From positions 1,408,001 through 1,472,000 of the forward strand of contig CBDCYI010000004.1 of the NCBI GenBank assembly GCA_965224085.1: a DNA stretch of 64,000 nt. Reading direction: 5' to 3'. The notes beneath the pieces were generated by a model. That model had not been told where the DNA came from. It saw only the letters and a program-made list of their open reading frames with translations, and did not search any database. A program made the position numbers and the translations under genes. The stretch is from Candidatus Marinacidobacterales bacterium. GTDB taxonomy: Bacteria; Acidobacteriota; Vicinamibacteria; Marinacidobacterales; SMYC01. Below, piece by piece: positions 61,729 through 64,000 of the stretch; the first letter of the stretch is position 1; every line of letters starts with the position of its first letter.

Positions 61729-62889
61729 ATGAAGACCAAAGGCAGGAAAAAGAAGTTAGCCATGAGCGGGCTTCTAGCGGTCGCCGTGGGGAGCATTCTC
61801 GTAGCGCTTGCCAAAGGCGATACCGTCCGCACGGATGTGACGAAACCTGCGCCGACGCGAGTGCTCGTTGTCGCAACGCAGGCGATTCAGGAGCAGGAGA
61901 GCTACGCGGTGCGCCGCTCTTTCGTGGGACGCATCGAAGCGCGCCGCAGCACCGATACCGGCTTCGAGCTCGGTGGCGCCGTGCTCCGGATCCTCGTCGA
62001 CGAAGGGGACGCCGTCGCGGAAGGGCAACTGATGGCTCGGCTCGACACTAAACGCCTCGAAGCGAAGCGCGCCGAGCTGGAGGCAGGCCTTAACGAAGCG
62101 GACGCACGGCTCTCCCTGCTGCAGAGCACCCGGGAGCGCACCCTCGAAGCTCTCGAGTTGAACGCCGTGTCGACCCAGCAGTGGGACGAGGCTGATCGTG
62201 GATACGCGGCGCAAGAGGCCGTCGTCCGTCGGGTGACGGCCTAGATCGAGAGCATCGATGTCGACATCGAGAAATCGCGTCTGCGGGCGCCTTTCGCGGG
62301 CGTCGTCGCCAGACGCTTCGCTGACGAGGGCACCGTTGTCTCTGCAGGGGAGTCGTTGTTCCGGCTACTCGAGATGGGACGTCCCGAGGTCCGGGTCGGC
62401 ATCAGTGCGGAGCTTGCCAAGTCGCTTGCGGTAGGCGACGAGCGCGTCGTCCGAGCGGACGGTCGCGAGCTCTCCGCAAGGGTCAGAGCCCTCCTCCCGG
62501 CGCGCAATCGAGAGACGCGCACGGTCGACGTCGTCCTGACACTAGAGGCGACGGAGAACGCTCTCCGGCACGGTGATCTCGTCGAAATGGAACTCTCCCA
62601 GGCGATCAAAAAGAGCGGGTTCTGGCTCCCTCGTAGCGCTTTGACCGAAAGCTCCCGAGGACTTTGGGCTTCTTACGTCGCCGCGCCATTACCGGGCTCG
62701 CCCTCTGCTCGGGCTGGGGACTCTCCGACGCACATCTTGAAACGGCGCGAGCTCGAGCTCCTTTACGTCGACGGAGACAACGTCTTCGTCCGAGGAACCC
62801 TGAGCAGCGGCGAGCTCGTCGTCACCGAAGGTCTTCAACGGCTGATCCCTGACCAGCGGGTGGCGCGCGTGAAGGAGTGGGACCGATGA
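61729..62889 (+). pseudogene. RND efflux periplasmic adaptor with in-frame TAG
   Basis: GFELGG..VDEGD, LARLD-like segment, LRAPFAG, SALT, VTEG; TAG at 62242-62244 with the frame continuing. Confidence 0.85.
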
Positions 62890-64000
62890 CTTCAGCCAGC
62901 CTCTTCCTGAAGAATAAATACCTCCTCGTCCTCTCGGTGCTCGTAATTCTTGTCGCCGGCCTCTCCGCACTCATCTCGATGCCCCGGCTCGAAGATCCGC
63001 GCATCGTGAACCGCAACCCGTTGATCGTAACGCTCGTGCCCGGTGCCTCGGCCGAGAGGGTCGAGGCTCTCGTCACCGAGAAGCTCGAGGAAGAGCTGCA
63101 AGAGGTGCCGGAGATAAAAGAGATTCGCTCGACGTCCCGCGCCGGCGTCTCCATCATCGCCGTGGAGCTCGCCGACCGGGTCTACGAGAGCGAGAAGGTC
63201 TTCTCTCTGATTCGCGACAAGCTTGCCGAAGCGCAGCCCGAGCTACCTCGCGAAGCGAGCACCCCATTGCTCGACGACCAGAGAGGGCCGGTGGCTTATT
63301 CGCTGATCGTCGGGGTGACTTGGGAGCACTCCTCCGAGCCCAAGCTCGGGATCCTGAACCGTCTCGCCGAGGAGCTCGCCGACGAGCTTCGCACGGTTGC
63401 GGGTGCTCAAATCGTCCGTCTCTTCGGCGAGCCCCACGAGGAGATAACGGTAACCGTCGACCCCAAGGAGCTCGCGGCTCTCGGCATGACGCCATCGGAC
63501 CTCGCGGCGAGCATCCGGGCGGCGGACTCCAAGGTTCCCGCGGGTATGCTGCGCAGCGGTCGCGACGACTTGATTCTCGAAGTCGTGGGAGAGCTCGACT
63601 CCCCTGCTCGGATCGGGAGCATCCCCTTGCGCGAAGGCACCGATGGGACCCTACTGCGACTGAGTGACATCGCGCGTGCCGAGCGCGACTGGCAAAGCCC
63701 GCCCCGAGAGATCGGGCTCTCGGACGGACGCCGCACGGTCTATGTGGGAGCGAAAGTCCAGGCGCACCGGCGCGTCGACGAATGGGCCGAAGAAGCGCTC
63801 GAGATCGTGGACGCCTTCGCTGCCGGAGTGGGCGACGGCGTCGCGATCGCGGTCGTCTTCGATCAGACGCGCTACACCAACGAGCGTCTCGCGGATTTGG
63901 GCATGAATCTACTCGCGGGAGCGTTGGTAGTGGTCGTGGTCATCTTCTTCGCTATGGGATGGCGTTCCTCCATCGTCGTCGCTTCCGCTCTTCCGCTGAC
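62886..64000 (+). CDS. RND efflux permease (AcrB/AcrD/AcrF family), partial at window end
   Basis: MPRLEDP, PGASAERVEALVTEKLEE, STSRAGVS, LRLSDIA; ATGA overlap with the adaptor gene. Confidence 0.9.
   Translation, partial: MTSASLFLKNKYLLVLSVLVILVAGLSALISMPRLEDPRIVNRNPLIVTLVPGASAERVEALVTEKLEEELQEVPEIKEIRSTSRAGVSIIAVELADRVYESEKVFSLIRDKLAEAQPELPREASTPLLDDQRGPVAYSLIVGVTWEHSSEPKLGILNRLAEELADELRTVAGAQIVRLFGEPHEEITVTVDPKELAALGMTPSDLAASIRAADSKVPAGMLRSGRDDLILEVVGELDSPARIGSIPLREGTDGTLLRLSDIARAERDWQSPPREIGLSDGRRTVYVGAKVQAHRRVDEWAEEALEIVDAFAAGVGDGVAIAVVFDQTRYTNERLADLGMNLLAGALVVVVVIFFAMGWRSSIVVASALPL

Overview
GC-rich bacterial DNA, most likely Acidobacteriota (inferred from ADOP-type permeases with PadR, DUF5777, S9 peptidase, PQQ-type propellers and amidases). 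The dominant pattern is gene decay: about 20 genes are frameshifted, carry premature stops, or are cut by internal deletions that join unrelated genes (IS200 TnpA::S9 peptidase, APC permease::ornithine cyclodeaminase, PilT::zinc ribbon). The main signals are: (1) a HigBA toxin-antitoxin pair followed by a well-formed integron attC site (623-720); (2) an AhpC-type peroxiredoxin with in-frame TGA at the peroxidatic Cys and an adjacent SECIS-like hairpin, i.e. a selenoprotein (36437-37057); (3) two inverted 1087-bp IS5/IS903-group copies bracketing 13.4 kb of apparently intact genes, including a haem-c/PHM-type copper monooxygenase/TPR protein with a redoxin partner and a hydrolase operon with atypical active sites; (4) an unexplained, strongly base-paired ~200-nt intergenic region (60598-60803); (5) a diverged duplicate of an amidase 3' end enclosing an amidohydrolase and a second TA pair. 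No rRNA, tRNA or CRISPR array was seen. All family calls come from motif recognition by eye, not from database searches.
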